Assembly: GCA_046498385.1 (NCBI GenBank)
Contig: JAWOAU010000059.1
Location: 76 to 64,075, forward strand
Origin: Thermoplasmata archaeon
GTDB taxonomy: Archaea > Thermoplasmatota > Thermoplasmata > Halarchaeoplasmatales > Halarchaeoplasmataceae
DNA: 64,000 nt
Direction of reading: 5' to 3'
A program made the position numbers and the translations under genes. The notes under the pieces were generated by a model. It ran no database searches and was not told the DNA's origin. It saw only the letters and a program-made list of their open reading frames with translations. Shown here piece by piece: positions 20,086 to 29,692 of the stretch (positions within the stretch are counted from its first letter, which is position 1; every line of letters starts with the position of its first letter).

Positions 20086-21627
20086 ATGAAATCCTTGGAT
20101 TTAAAGGCAATCTTGTACCCACCGGGACCGTCAACGATGCTGCTGTATTTTTTGGGGATGGGTCTAATAGATATATTTCTGCGGGTTTCATTCCTCGGTA
20201 TTGAATATCTTTCACTGCATCAGTTCTATTTAAACACACTATTATTTGCTTTGTTTTTTGGGATACTTTTGATTTTGTTCAGAGCCTCATTTTCCGGTAA
20301 AAACACCTCTGATCCCATGAATATATTAACAGATTATTATTGGATCCTTGCTCTGAACCCTTTTATTTGTTATGCGGTGTACGGCGGGATGGACGAGAAT
20401 CTCATATCCGCCGGATTTATGGGCATCTTTATTCCGGCCCTTATTCTTTCCTTCATAATAGGGTTCAGGATGGTGTTTAAAGAAGGAATACTCAGGTCTT
20501 TAATCTTCTCATCGGCGGCGGTCTTTTTATCCTTGCCCGTTTTTGTGGTTCGCCGGGTATCGTTGGTAGGAGTTCCCTACCGTTTCAAGCTCTACGAAAC
20601 TTTTTCTCTGGATTTATTTTTTCAGTCCGGTTGGACCCAGGGCCTGCTCGTAAATCAAAAATATCACCTGCTGATAGTTCTGTTACTCATGGAAGTTTTC
20701 ATAGTGTATTTCTTATGTGGTTACAAGTTCTTTTACAAAAAGTTCAAAAATATACTGCGGACGATCAAGCCATTCCGAACCCTGCATTTTATCATGATGG
20801 TGCTCTTGGGTGCTATCTTTGTCGGAGAGTTCGCTCCTGAAGAATCTCTTTCCCTGACCTCTATCAACCACTTCCCCTTCGTCTTCACAGCCGCATTTTG
20901 TGGGGTCTTGGCATGGCAGTTTACCACCCTGCTTAACGATATTTATGACATGGACATAGATGTTCATGTTCATCCCACTCGTCCTCTGGTATCGGGTCAT
21001 CTGAGCCGTCGACTATACTTGGATATATCCATATTTACGGCCCTGCTGTCCACCCTGTTTTCCCTACTCCTTGGAATTCCGATAATGCTGTTTAATATTA
21101 CTGCATTATTGTTAGCCGTTTTATATTCTGTCCCTCCGTTCCGGCTGCGAGATAGGTTTTACGGGCATATATGTGTGGGATTAGGCAGCCTAATAGCTTT
21201 TTTGTTCGGTGTTTATTCTCCAACCCGTTGGAGGCACGGCATCTATACATCGTCCGAGATCACGGGTAGAAATATACCTTTTTTCCCGGAAGTGTTTTTC
21301 GTGTCTATTCTTATAGTCACCGTACTTTCCATTTCCCCGCTGATCAACGCCCTTTCGGATTATGAAGGCGATAAAAGTTCCGGTGTGAAGAACGTATACA
21401 CCGTGCTGGGATTTGAGAGAGGAAAAAAAGTGGTTTCGGTTTTGATAATACTGCTATTCATCTCGCCCCTCGTACTGTTTTCTTCATTAATAGATATGGT
21501 GATCTTATTCGCAGCGGGCGTCATCTCTTCCATAATATTTTACAGATTCGAGGATCACCGACCGGTATTCGGGATGTATTTTTTGGTATTGATCTATCTG
21601 TTACTCCGGTTCATTTCCTATCTGTGA
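20086..21627 (+). CDS. UbiA-superfamily prenyltransferase fused to an N-terminal polytopic membrane domain of about 260 aa
   Basis: First Asp-rich motif LNDIYDMDIDVHVHPTRPLVSG (NDxxDxxxD). A second motif region (YEGDKSSGVKNV) lies in the C-terminal half. Hydrophobic throughout. Confidence 0.65.
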   Translation: MKSLDLKAILYPPGPSTMLLYFLGMGLIDIFLRVSFLGIEYLSLHQFYLNTLLFALFFGILLILFRASFSGKNTSDPMNILTDYYWILALNPFICYAVYGGMDENLISAGFMGIFIPALILSFIIGFRMVFKEGILRSLIFSSAAVFLSLPVFVVRRVSLVGVPYRFKLYETFSLDLFFQSGWTQGLLVNQKYHLLIVLLLMEVFIVYFLCGYKFFYKKFKNILRTIKPFRTLHFIMMVLLGAIFVGEFAPEESLSLTSINHFPFVFTAAFCGVLAWQFTTLLNDIYDMDIDVHVHPTRPLVSGHLSRRLYLDISIFTALLSTLFSLLLGIPIMLFNITALLLAVLYSVPPFRLRDRFYGHICVGLGSLIAFLFGVYSPTRWRHGIYTSSEITGRNIPFFPEVFFVSILIVTVLSISPLINALSDYEGDKSSGVKNVYTVLGFERGKKVVSVLIILLFISPLVLFSSLIDMVILFAAGVISSIIFYRFEDHRPVFGMYFLVLIYLLLRFISYL

Positions 21628-21952
21628 AGGTCAAGGAGGTATCTGTCTGTTGAATTTCGTGCTGGCTGTTATTACATCCGAGATAGTTTTTTGAACGCCC
21701 CTTCACAGCCTGATCGTTTTTTCCTCAGGTTCAGGTGCTTTATAGATGTTGTGAACTACACCGCCTCAAGTGACGTTGCTTCCTACGAGTACAATATCTA
21801 TTCTTGTATGGCAATGCCTGTTTGTCGTGGATTATTTACGTTCTGCATCCAGTAGTCATAGCCTCGCTCATTTTCATGATAAGCTGTCACAAGCAGCACT
21901 TTTTTTGTCAACTTCCATCTCAATAAGTATAAGACATATAAGATATAAAAAT

Positions 21953-23629
21953 CTATTTAAATATCTTGTAAAGACTCAACTCAAAAGCCGTCGCAGGGTA
22001 CTCTAATCCGAAGTTGGTGAGTACCTTGGGATGCATCTCCCCGAATACGCCTATTTCTTCTCTTTTGACGTTCACTGAGGCACACCTACCCGGGATGAAG
22101 GACGGGTGCCTTTTTTCTTCTATGCTGAACTCCAGTCCCATGCTCCTGATAATACCGTCGATCATTGACTTCATGGCGGTGAAGCCGGTGTCGGGTCCCA
22201 ATAAAACCGCCGCCGCATGTGTTTTCTGTCTGTATTCCTCAACAACATCACCTATTTCAAACAGCTTTTGAGGGAGGGGATTTTTTCGGTTATCCTTGAG
22301 ATTTTTCATCAACGATGGCAGCAGCCATACTCGTAAACAAGAGCTTTCCTCGCTAACCGGATTCTCAATTTTTACAAATGTGTCCGGTCTGTTTCGCTCC
22401 ATGAGATCGAATTCTCTGTTAGGGCTGCTCAGGGTAAAGTTCATCACTTCGTTGAAACCGTAACCTAACATCAGTTCGGAAAGTGTCTCTTCTCTCCTTT
22501 TAGATGGTAAAGGTTCGCCAAATGTTAGTTCTTGAGGCCTCTCTCCGGAAAAGCGGTGATAGTCGTAGGCCATGGCGATGTCTTCTATAACGTCCCAGGG
22601 GTGGATAATATCGTGTCGATATGCCGGATACAGTACCGTCAGAAAATCTTCGTGTACCTCTCCGGGCTCGTAACGCATCCTAGCAAGTAGCTCTTTTATT
22701 TCTGAGGCCTTTAGTTCGATCCCGAGCAGTTTTTTAACCTCTGGAATTGATATGTCTATCTTTAACGGGGATAGATCGGGGTAAAATATCTCCTTTTTAC
22801 CGTAGAATACTTTTGTACCATGTATTTCCCCCCCTCTTTCTGCGAACATGGTGCAGAGTATGTTTAAACTCTGCTCCAAGGCCTTCAGGTCCGTTCCGGT
22901 CATATCTATGTATAAACTTTTTGAGTCTGTGGTAACCTCGGTCAGTCTGCCGTTTATCACGGGAGGAAAGGAGAGTACCCTTTCTTTGGAATCGACTATA
23001 AGGGGATATCTTTCCGCCCCCTTCAGCAGATGTGCATATTCTTGACCTTTTTCATGCCTTTTCAGTATCTCTTTTAAGGTCATCTCTTTACCGTGGTTCA
23101 AGGGTACGAAGGATGTTGTAGAGGGGTTTACACCCTTGTACACGAACGGAGGCGTCACCTTAGAAAGGTCGTGTACGCCTATAGCCACTTTTTCCCTTCC
23201 CCTGCCCAGTGTAAGGTGGAGTTTTTCCTGGGTGTTCATGAGGGATTTAAGGAATCTTTGGTCTATGTGGGTGTTTTCAATCACCGCAGTGACGATATAG
23301 GGCCTTACATCTTGTACGCTTAGTTCCACCTCGGTCGCTATTCCTGAATCCTTTACCTCGTATGTTGGAATACCTTTATCGATGTGGTTGAAACCCCGGA
23401 GGGCCCTAGCGATTCCTTCTACCGACAACATGTCGCATCTATCCGGGTAGACCTCCAAAGACAAATCGTCTTTTTCGTATTTTTCCACCTCCACCGCCAT
23501 CTTCGGCAGCAGTTTCAGCATCTCTTTTGTCGGCGTCTCGGATAGTTGAGACAGCTCGTCCGCACTGACCGTTATTATGGGCATGCTTTGAAGTATCCAT
23601 AGGATACATATATTTCTTTGGTTTAACAC
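21953..23629 (-). CDS. pheT: Phenylalanine--tRNA ligase beta subunit, archaeal type
   Basis: Archaeal PheT length (558 aa) with B3/4 and B5 domain signatures, and collinear similarity to archaeal PheT throughout. Confidence 0.9.
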   Translation of the reverse strand: MLNQRNICILWILQSMPIITVSADELSQLSETPTKEMLKLLPKMAVEVEKYEKDDLSLEVYPDRCDMLSVEGIARALRGFNHIDKGIPTYEVKDSGIATEVELSVQDVRPYIVTAVIENTHIDQRFLKSLMNTQEKLHLTLGRGREKVAIGVHDLSKVTPPFVYKGVNPSTTSFVPLNHGKEMTLKEILKRHEKGQEYAHLLKGAERYPLIVDSKERVLSFPPVINGRLTEVTTDSKSLYIDMTGTDLKALEQSLNILCTMFAERGGEIHGTKVFYGKKEIFYPDLSPLKIDISIPEVKKLLGIELKASEIKELLARMRYEPGEVHEDFLTVLYPAYRHDIIHPWDVIEDIAMAYDYHRFSGERPQELTFGEPLPSKRREETLSELMLGYGFNEVMNFTLSSPNREFDLMERNRPDTFVKIENPVSEESSCLRVWLLPSLMKNLKDNRKNPLPQKLFEIGDVVEEYRQKTHAAAVLLGPDTGFTAMKSMIDGIIRSMGLEFSIEEKRHPSFIPGRCASVNVKREEIGVFGEMHPKVLTNFGLEYPATAFELSLYKIFK

Positions 23630-23647
23630 CCGGCGTTACATTATTAT

Positions 23648-24202
23648 ATGTTATCTACCCCTTCTTTTTTGATGATGCATAGTTCTGACGAGGATAACGA
23701 GGAAGATGTCGAGTTGATCTTAGAGGCCGTGCTTTTCTCCGCGGGACGTCCACTGTCCGTACCTGAGCTCGAGGGGATGACCGGTATAGACCGCAGGGAA
23801 TTGAGGTCGGCGGTAAATAAATTGACACGTATGTACGGCAGCAGAAAATCGGCAATAGAGATCAAAAAGATAGGTACCAGTTACTCCATGCAGTTGTCAC
23901 CTAGTTACGTTTCCTATGGAGTCCAGGTCCAGGAATCCGAGATGGAAGAGGAGCTGCTCAAAACGGCGGCACTTATAGCTTATTATCAGCCCATACGGCA
24001 GAGCGACCTTAAGAAGAAACAGGGTGAAAAGGTGTACCGACATGTGGACGAACTCAAAAAGAAGGGGCTGATACTAGTGGAGAGAGACGGAAGGACTTAT
24101 TCCCTCCGTACAAGCTCCAAATTCCAGGAGTATTTCGGCCTTGAGGCCGGAGATAGGGAGGAATTGAAAAAGCTCATGGCGGAGAAGGCAGGGATAAAAT
24201 AG
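23648..24202 (+). CDS. scpB: Segregation and condensation protein B (ScpB)
   Basis: Tandem winged-helix ScpB signature (LILEAVLFSAGRPLSVPEL ... ELLKTAALIAYYQPIRQSDL). The start could be the internal Met at about 23672. Confidence 0.8.
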   Translation: MLSTPSFLMMHSSDEDNEEDVELILEAVLFSAGRPLSVPELEGMTGIDRRELRSAVNKLTRMYGSRKSAIEIKKIGTSYSMQLSPSYVSYGVQVQESEMEEELLKTAALIAYYQPIRQSDLKKKQGEKVYRHVDELKKKGLILVERDGRTYSLRTSSKFQEYFGLEAGDREELKKLMAEKAGIK

Positions 24203-24208
24203 TTTAGC

Positions 24209-24934
24209 TTATTCATTGAGCTTTTTGTGGGTACGGGACAAGACTCCCATGATACGATGATAATCCCATGGACTAGTCTTCGCCCTTCCCAGTAATCTTC
24301 TGAGGGTAACGGCGGTTTTTTCTTTTTTGTGATCGGGATACTTTATATCCTGCAGTATGAGTTCGAATAGCTCTATGACCCTCTCCTTTTCGTTTTCTGT
24401 GATTTCATCTTCTATGTCTTCGGTGGCAGCTACTTCCTCTACATATAATGTATATAGTACCACGGCTACGGCATGGGATAGGTTCATGATAGGATATTCC
24501 TCGGAGGTTGGGATGGTGACGAGCCGGTCGCACAGAGCTAGTTCATGGTTGTAAAGACCGGTGTCTTCTCTGCCGAACAATATGGCTATTTTTCCATCGA
24601 ATTGTGACACGTCCTTAGCGAAAGCAAAAGGTTCCTCAGAACGTCTTAAAACTTCTTTTTCTTTTTTTGTATCTATCCCTGTAGTGCCTATCAGCATATT
24701 GAATGTCGGTAAAATCTCTTCTAAGTTGGCATATATTTTCGCGGATTCCAGCACGTCGTAGGCATGTTTTGCCCTGCACAACGCTTCGTCGTCCAGTTTC
24801 GGCGGGTTGATCATTATCAGATCGTGATATCCAAAATTTTTCATCGCCCGGGACACCGCTCCTATGTTGCCGGTGAATTTTGGTTCCATAAGTATTACCG
24901 AAATGTTTACCATATTTTTGTTTAAACCGGTCAA
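24209..24934 (-). CDS. SpoU/TrmH-family (SPOUT) RNA 2'-O-methyltransferase, TrmJ-like
   Basis: N-terminal SPOUT fold (ISVILMEPKFTGNIGAVSRAMKNFGY), motif II (LIGTTG), motif III (IAILFGREDTGL...CDRLVTIP). Confidence 0.75.
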   Translation of the reverse strand: MTGLNKNMVNISVILMEPKFTGNIGAVSRAMKNFGYHDLIMINPPKLDDEALCRAKHAYDVLESAKIYANLEEILPTFNMLIGTTGIDTKKEKEVLRRSEEPFAFAKDVSQFDGKIAILFGREDTGLYNHELALCDRLVTIPTSEEYPIMNLSHAVAVVLYTLYVEEVAATEDIEDEITENEKERVIELFELILQDIKYPDHKKEKTAVTLRRLLGRAKTSPWDYHRIMGVLSRTHKKLNE

Positions 24935-24998
24935 GTTATTAAAAAGTTAGCTGTTTGTAATGCATACCGTTGATACGTTGAAGTATGAAAAGATTAAA

Positions 24999-25646
24999 TT
25001 AAGCTATGTTAGCTATTTTACCGATATCTCCAGGATTTAATGGAAATAAATACGTTTCTTCCCTTTCAACTAGGAAATGCAGTACGGTCTCTCCTTCTGC
25101 GGTTTCGATCTCTTGATAATTGAACCCGAAGGCCCTTACCATTGGAAAAGGGGTGAGGTATGTGTATGTTAATATGATCCGGTAGTCCTTCAGGGTGTAA
25201 ACTGCGATACGTCCTGGTACTGAGGTTAACTCGTCAAGATCCACCCTTTCGCTTATCTCGTTGAATTTCCATCTAGGGTCTTCCTGCATCTGCTGAATTA
25301 CTTCGTCGGTATCATAGGTCGGTCCTAGAGAAGATTGAACGGGGTCTATTATGGTTGGACTAAACAGAGATCCTCCTATCCTCTCTTCCCTGACCCGAGT
25401 TTCCGCTATCCCGGAAGCGCTAAATCCCCATAACGGTAGACAGATCAATATCAATACGGTAAAAAGAACTATACTTTTTTTTGCATCTGTTTCGGCTTTT
25501 TTAATCCCAACCTCTAATCGTTTTTTTTTCCAACCTTCTTTTACCACCTTTACAAACTTTATATCGTTCCAAAGTTTCCAGGACACGACGACGAGAATGA
25601 TCGGGATAGCTATGTAATATAGGGTGACGGATAGGATAATATGCAT
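24999..25646 (-). CDS. Membrane-anchored hypothetical protein (2 N-terminal TM helices)
   Basis: 215-aa ORF with TM helices at residues about 5-25 and 60-80. No recognisable family. Confidence 0.4.
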   Translation of the reverse strand: MHIILSVTLYYIAIPIILVVVSWKLWNDIKFVKVVKEGWKKKRLEVGIKKAETDAKKSIVLFTVLILICLPLWGFSASGIAETRVREERIGGSLFSPTIIDPVQSSLGPTYDTDEVIQQMQEDPRWKFNEISERVDLDELTSVPGRIAVYTLKDYRIILTYTYLTPFPMVRAFGFNYQEIETAEGETVLHFLVEREETYLFPLNPGDIGKIANIA

Positions 25647-25870
25647 ATATACCGTATCAGCGATTACAGATATGGATTAATAATCTTTCCCCGGAAGATT
25701 AAGATAAACTGCAGCGGCGCATGTTATTTCGTCGAGGTAAAGAAGATAGTTAACACATTTTATTTGAAATTAGACAAGAACTCACAACAAACTATCTCAA
25801 GAAAGGGCCGATTTAGCAAAACATTTAAATACAATTCATAATCTTCGTGGTAGTTAGAGGTAGAATAACC

Positions 25871-28800
25871 ATGAAATGGAAAAAGATGATGAGCCTGCTA
25901 TTGGTTGCTGTTTTAATCGGCAGCCTCTTTGCAGCGTTTGGAAGCAGTCTAGCATCGGCAGAAGGTGAGTATGTCGATGAGATACGACTGGAAGTAAGAA
26001 TGGAACAGAGTGTTGGTGTCGGGGATGCGGCCACAGGAGTGATAGACGCATTCCTCCAAGCAGTAGATGGACCGACCTACGATGGAATTGACGACGAATG
26101 GAAAGCTAATTTGATTCCATTGGAAAGCTTCGGTAGCTACACAGAGTTTTCGTACAATACCGCTTGGACCGAAGACTCCGGATTCGAAGTGGATACCACC
26201 GGCGATGGAGATCTACAAGTGAACCCCTTCGCAATGAGGGAGATACGTTTCGCAACTAACTTCATAGTCAGCAGACAGGAGTACGTTGAGGAACTCTACG
26301 ATGGGTTTTCCATACCTATGTATCAGGCCATATCTCCAAGTAACCCATCTTATGATGCGGAACTTAGACAGATAGACGAAAAATATGGCTTGACCTATGC
26401 AGGTGACTTCGAAAGGGGATACAACATGATACAGGATGCAATGACTGATGCCATGAACAATCCAGACATTGCAGGCGAGATACGGACCCCTGAAGACTCT
26501 CCTACTAACTACTGGCAGTACAAAGCACCCGGTGGTGCTTGGGAAGATATCGAGGTACATATGCTGATCCGTGTGGAAGACACCCGTCAAGAAATAGGTC
26601 TAAACCTTGCAGATCTACTCGAAGATTGTCACATAAAGGCAGAACGGGATGTGCAGGATAGAGACGCCATAGATATATGGCTATTCACAGACCCTGCGGA
26701 CATGGAATGGAGCTTGTACACCGGTGGTTGGATTTCATCGGCTACAGTAGCTTACCAGCACGCCACACCTGTTCAGTTCTACACTGATTATTACCCATAT
26801 ATGCCTGGAGGTATCTTTGGAGAAACAAATAGATACTACCACCTGAGAGACGAGCCCTATGCCCAGGAGTTGCTTGAGGATTGGGCAAATCCATTGATGG
26901 CTGGACAGATATCGGATGAGGAAACCTACTGGGAGTATGTAAGGCATATTTCAGATGTCGGCGTATACCAGGGTGCACGGGTATTCCTGGAGAACTCGGC
27001 GGATATAGTCCCGTTGAATGATGAGGCGGTAGTTGAAGTCGCCGCCGATGCGGTAACTGGATGGTCTCAGATATTTTCACCAAGGACTCTCAAGACCCAG
27101 GACGGCACCTTCACTGCAGCTCAATTCTCCGCCGCAGGTGTATTGTACATGGATAACTTCAACAATATTGATGGTTCATCCGATTACTACGGCATCCTGC
27201 AACAGAGAATATGTTTTGACCCCGGCACAACCTTAGATCCTAGCAAAGGCACTTCCATACCTGTTAGGGCGGACTTCGTGGACGATAACGGCGAGTATAT
27301 GCTGGATATGGACTATCATTTCGATAACGACGGAAACTTGGTAAAGGAACTCCCGATACCGGATAACGATAACGTCTGGTTCTACGACGTGCAGGCCGAG
27401 GAATGGATCAACGGCGGTCATGAATATGTACCGATAATGGAAGGTGATCCACCTGTTCAGACCGGTGCTGATCTTACGGAAGTCGATACGGTGGCAACCG
27501 CTGTTACCTACGACTATCACCTTGGTAAGTGGCACTCGGGACACGATTTGACGACCCGGGACATACTAGCTTGGCACGCCTTTTCAATGCAGCTTTCATA
27601 CGGTCCAGAATGGGGTGCCGTAGGAGACCAGTACTACCATGTAGGCTACGGTACTCAAAATAGACCTTATTACCAAAACGTGAAGGCGATCGAGGTCATC
27701 GACGCAGAAGAAGGCATATTGAAATTCTACGGTGATTACACCTTCCCTGCCGAATCAGAGATGGCTGGTTACTATGGTACATTCCCACAACACCCTTGGC
27801 AGATGTACGAGGCGGTCTCTCATCTAAGAGGTCAAACGGAGCTTGCATCTACCGATACGGTCTACGAATGGAGTAATATACCTGGTGCAGAATACGTTCA
27901 CTGGATCAGCTCATCCCAGACCGTTGACTACAGCGATACCCTTGCCAACATAGCCGATGATGGATGGATACCACCTTATCTACAGAGTGGTCCGACGCCG
28001 ATCACGGTTGGTGAGCTTGAGAACGAGATCGATGCGATACGTGGTTTCCAAGATCAATATGAACTATCGTTCATTTCTCAGGGACCTTTCATCTTTGTAC
28101 GGTACGATACAGCTAACTTAGTTGTTGAAATGGAGAGACACCCGTACCCCGATTACCCGTTACCCGACGATTACTGGAGAGACAAGTTGTACGTAGCTGG
28201 AATGCGGCATGGAACCATGACTGCACCAACCGAGGTCGTAGCCGGTGAAGCACTCGAAGCAGATGTGCGAGTCAGGGTATTCGAACAATATCCTCTCAGG
28301 AGAACACGAAACCTGGATCCCGCAGTGGATGACTATGAGGCTGAAGTCACCATATACGACGAATTCGACACAGTAGTAGACACTTTCGAGCCGGATTATG
28401 TGAATACAGATGGATCTTATCTTGCGGTTACCTTGCCCGGCAGCTTCACGACTGATCTTGAGGAGGGGTTCTATACCATAGAATTCCAGTCCAAGTTAGT
28501 TGACGAGGTAGCTACATCGGTTTCCAGTGCATCTTTCTGGCTTGCTGAGGAGAGTGCAGGTGGCCTCATCAACCATGAACTAGAGATCGAACCTACCAGC
28601 GGATATGCACCGCTAGAAGTTGACATCACGGTAAGTGCCGAAAACACCGGTGGTGAAGAACTGAGTGAGACGATAACTCTTGACGGTGCCGATACGGGAT
28701 ACACACTTAACGTCTCGGCCGGTGAAACCGCAGAGGAAACCTTCACACATACATTGGATGAGGTAGGCGAGTATACCTTTGAATTTGGTCCTGTATCTAG

Positions 28801-29443
28801 GGAAGTATCTGTAGTGGAAAAACCACCAGTCCCGGCAGAGCTGGAGGATTTCGAACTGTCGATCACCCCGACGACCGGAGATGCACCATTGGATGTAGAG
28901 ATATCCTTAAGTGTAACAAACACCGGTGAAGAGGATACGGAAGCTGTTCTGTACAGAGGTACTGAAGCCTATGAGACCTTTGATGTCTCACCTGGTGACT
29001 TCGAAACTACAATAAACAAAACCTTGGACGCAGGCGTTCACGTGTTCTACTGGGGCGAAGAATCTGTTCTCGTCAATGCAAGAGAAGATGTCGTTCCCGG
29101 TGAGCCTGAACTGGTGAACTTGGACTTAGGTGTGGAGCCGACCTCCGGAGAGGAACCGTTGGAAGTCACGATCTCCGTAAGTGCGGAGAACACAGGCGAC
29201 GCCGATGGCGAAGTAGATGTCATCATCGACGGTTCTATCGAGTACACGTTAACGGTACCTGCCGGTGAAACCGCAGACCACGAGTTCACTTACGAGTTCG
29301 AGAACCACGGAAACTACGACGTAGAGTTCGGTGATCTAACCGAGACTGTAGAAGTTGAGGAAGAAACCCCTGGATTTATGTTCCTCTTGCTGGCAGTGAG
29401 CGCCGTATTCGCGGTAGTGATCTACCACGTCAAGAAGCGGTAA
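25871..29443 (+). CDS. Extracellular solute-binding protein (family 5, Opp/Dpp-type) with three C-terminal CARDB-like repeats and a PGF-CTERM archaeosortase signal
   Basis: Sec signal (MKWKKMMSLLLVAVLIGSLFAAFGSSLASA|EG). SBP_bac_5-like body (the ORF track starts at 25847; the start here is chosen at MKWKK, which has a GAGGT Shine-Dalgarno). Three repeats of about 85 aa (PLEVDITVSAENTGGEE...TLDGADTGYTLNVSAGETAEETFTHTLDEVGEYTFEFG). C-terminal ...EETPGFMFLLLAVSAVFAVVIYHVKKR, which is PGF, then TM, then basic residues. TATA-like TTTAAATA at about 25823-25830. Confidence 0.7.
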   Translation: MKWKKMMSLLLVAVLIGSLFAAFGSSLASAEGEYVDEIRLEVRMEQSVGVGDAATGVIDAFLQAVDGPTYDGIDDEWKANLIPLESFGSYTEFSYNTAWTEDSGFEVDTTGDGDLQVNPFAMREIRFATNFIVSRQEYVEELYDGFSIPMYQAISPSNPSYDAELRQIDEKYGLTYAGDFERGYNMIQDAMTDAMNNPDIAGEIRTPEDSPTNYWQYKAPGGAWEDIEVHMLIRVEDTRQEIGLNLADLLEDCHIKAERDVQDRDAIDIWLFTDPADMEWSLYTGGWISSATVAYQHATPVQFYTDYYPYMPGGIFGETNRYYHLRDEPYAQELLEDWANPLMAGQISDEETYWEYVRHISDVGVYQGARVFLENSADIVPLNDEAVVEVAADAVTGWSQIFSPRTLKTQDGTFTAAQFSAAGVLYMDNFNNIDGSSDYYGILQQRICFDPGTTLDPSKGTSIPVRADFVDDNGEYMLDMDYHFDNDGNLVKELPIPDNDNVWFYDVQAEEWINGGHEYVPIMEGDPPVQTGADLTEVDTVATAVTYDYHLGKWHSGHDLTTRDILAWHAFSMQLSYGPEWGAVGDQYYHVGYGTQNRPYYQNVKAIEVIDAEEGILKFYGDYTFPAESEMAGYYGTFPQHPWQMYEAVSHLRGQTELASTDTVYEWSNIPGAEYVHWISSSQTVDYSDTLANIADDGWIPPYLQSGPTPITVGELENEIDAIRGFQDQYELSFISQGPFIFVRYDTANLVVEMERHPYPDYPLPDDYWRDKLYVAGMRHGTMTAPTEVVAGEALEADVRVRVFEQYPLRRTRNLDPAVDDYEAEVTIYDEFDTVVDTFEPDYVNTDGSYLAVTLPGSFTTDLEEGFYTIEFQSKLVDEVATSVSSASFWLAEESAGGLINHELEIEPTSGYAPLEVDITVSAENTGGEELSETITLDGADTGYTLNVSAGETAEETFTHTLDEVGEYTFEFGPVSREVSVVEKPPVPAELEDFELSITPTTGDAPLDVEISLSVTNTGEEDTEAVLYRGTEAYETFDVSPGDFETTINKTLDAGVHVFYWGEESVLVNAREDVVPGEPELVNLDLGVEPTSGEEPLEVTISVSAENTGDADGEVDVIIDGSIEYTLTVPAGETADHEFTYEFENHGNYDVEFGDLTETVEVEEETPGFMFLLLAVSAVFAVVIYHVKKR

Positions 29444-29628
29444 ACCTAGGAGGGTCTCTCAAAAGCAAAAACCCCTTCCCTTACTTTTTTATATCATATA
29501 TACACCTTAGTGGACAGTGGAAACTGTCAAAAGTTTAGTGATTTCACAAATTTTTACAATTCATGAAAATTCATCTAGTATATTATACACTATTACTGAT
29601 TATTAGGAGGCAATCAAATATCACTAAG

Positions 29629-29645
29629 AGCCTGACAGGCTCTCC
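29629..29645 (+). terminator. Perfect hairpin AGAGCC-TGACA-GGCTCT in the 250-nt spacer between the binding-protein gene and oppB. A T-rich run follows the binding-protein stop at about 29478-29488
   Basis: Inverted repeat read directly. The position suggests an intra-operon attenuator or terminator. Confidence 0.3.
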
Positions 29646-29692
29646 TGACCACAAATTTTATATTATAACTCACCTTTCCTGAGATAGATAAC

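Noticed and set aside
28560-29340. Considered whether periodic DNA repeats (CARDB triplication, E-LF repeat) could be a CRISPR array
   Set aside because: Repeats are in-frame coding repeats with diverged units and no spacer structure. No cas genes in the window. No CRISPR array found anywhere in the 64 kb.
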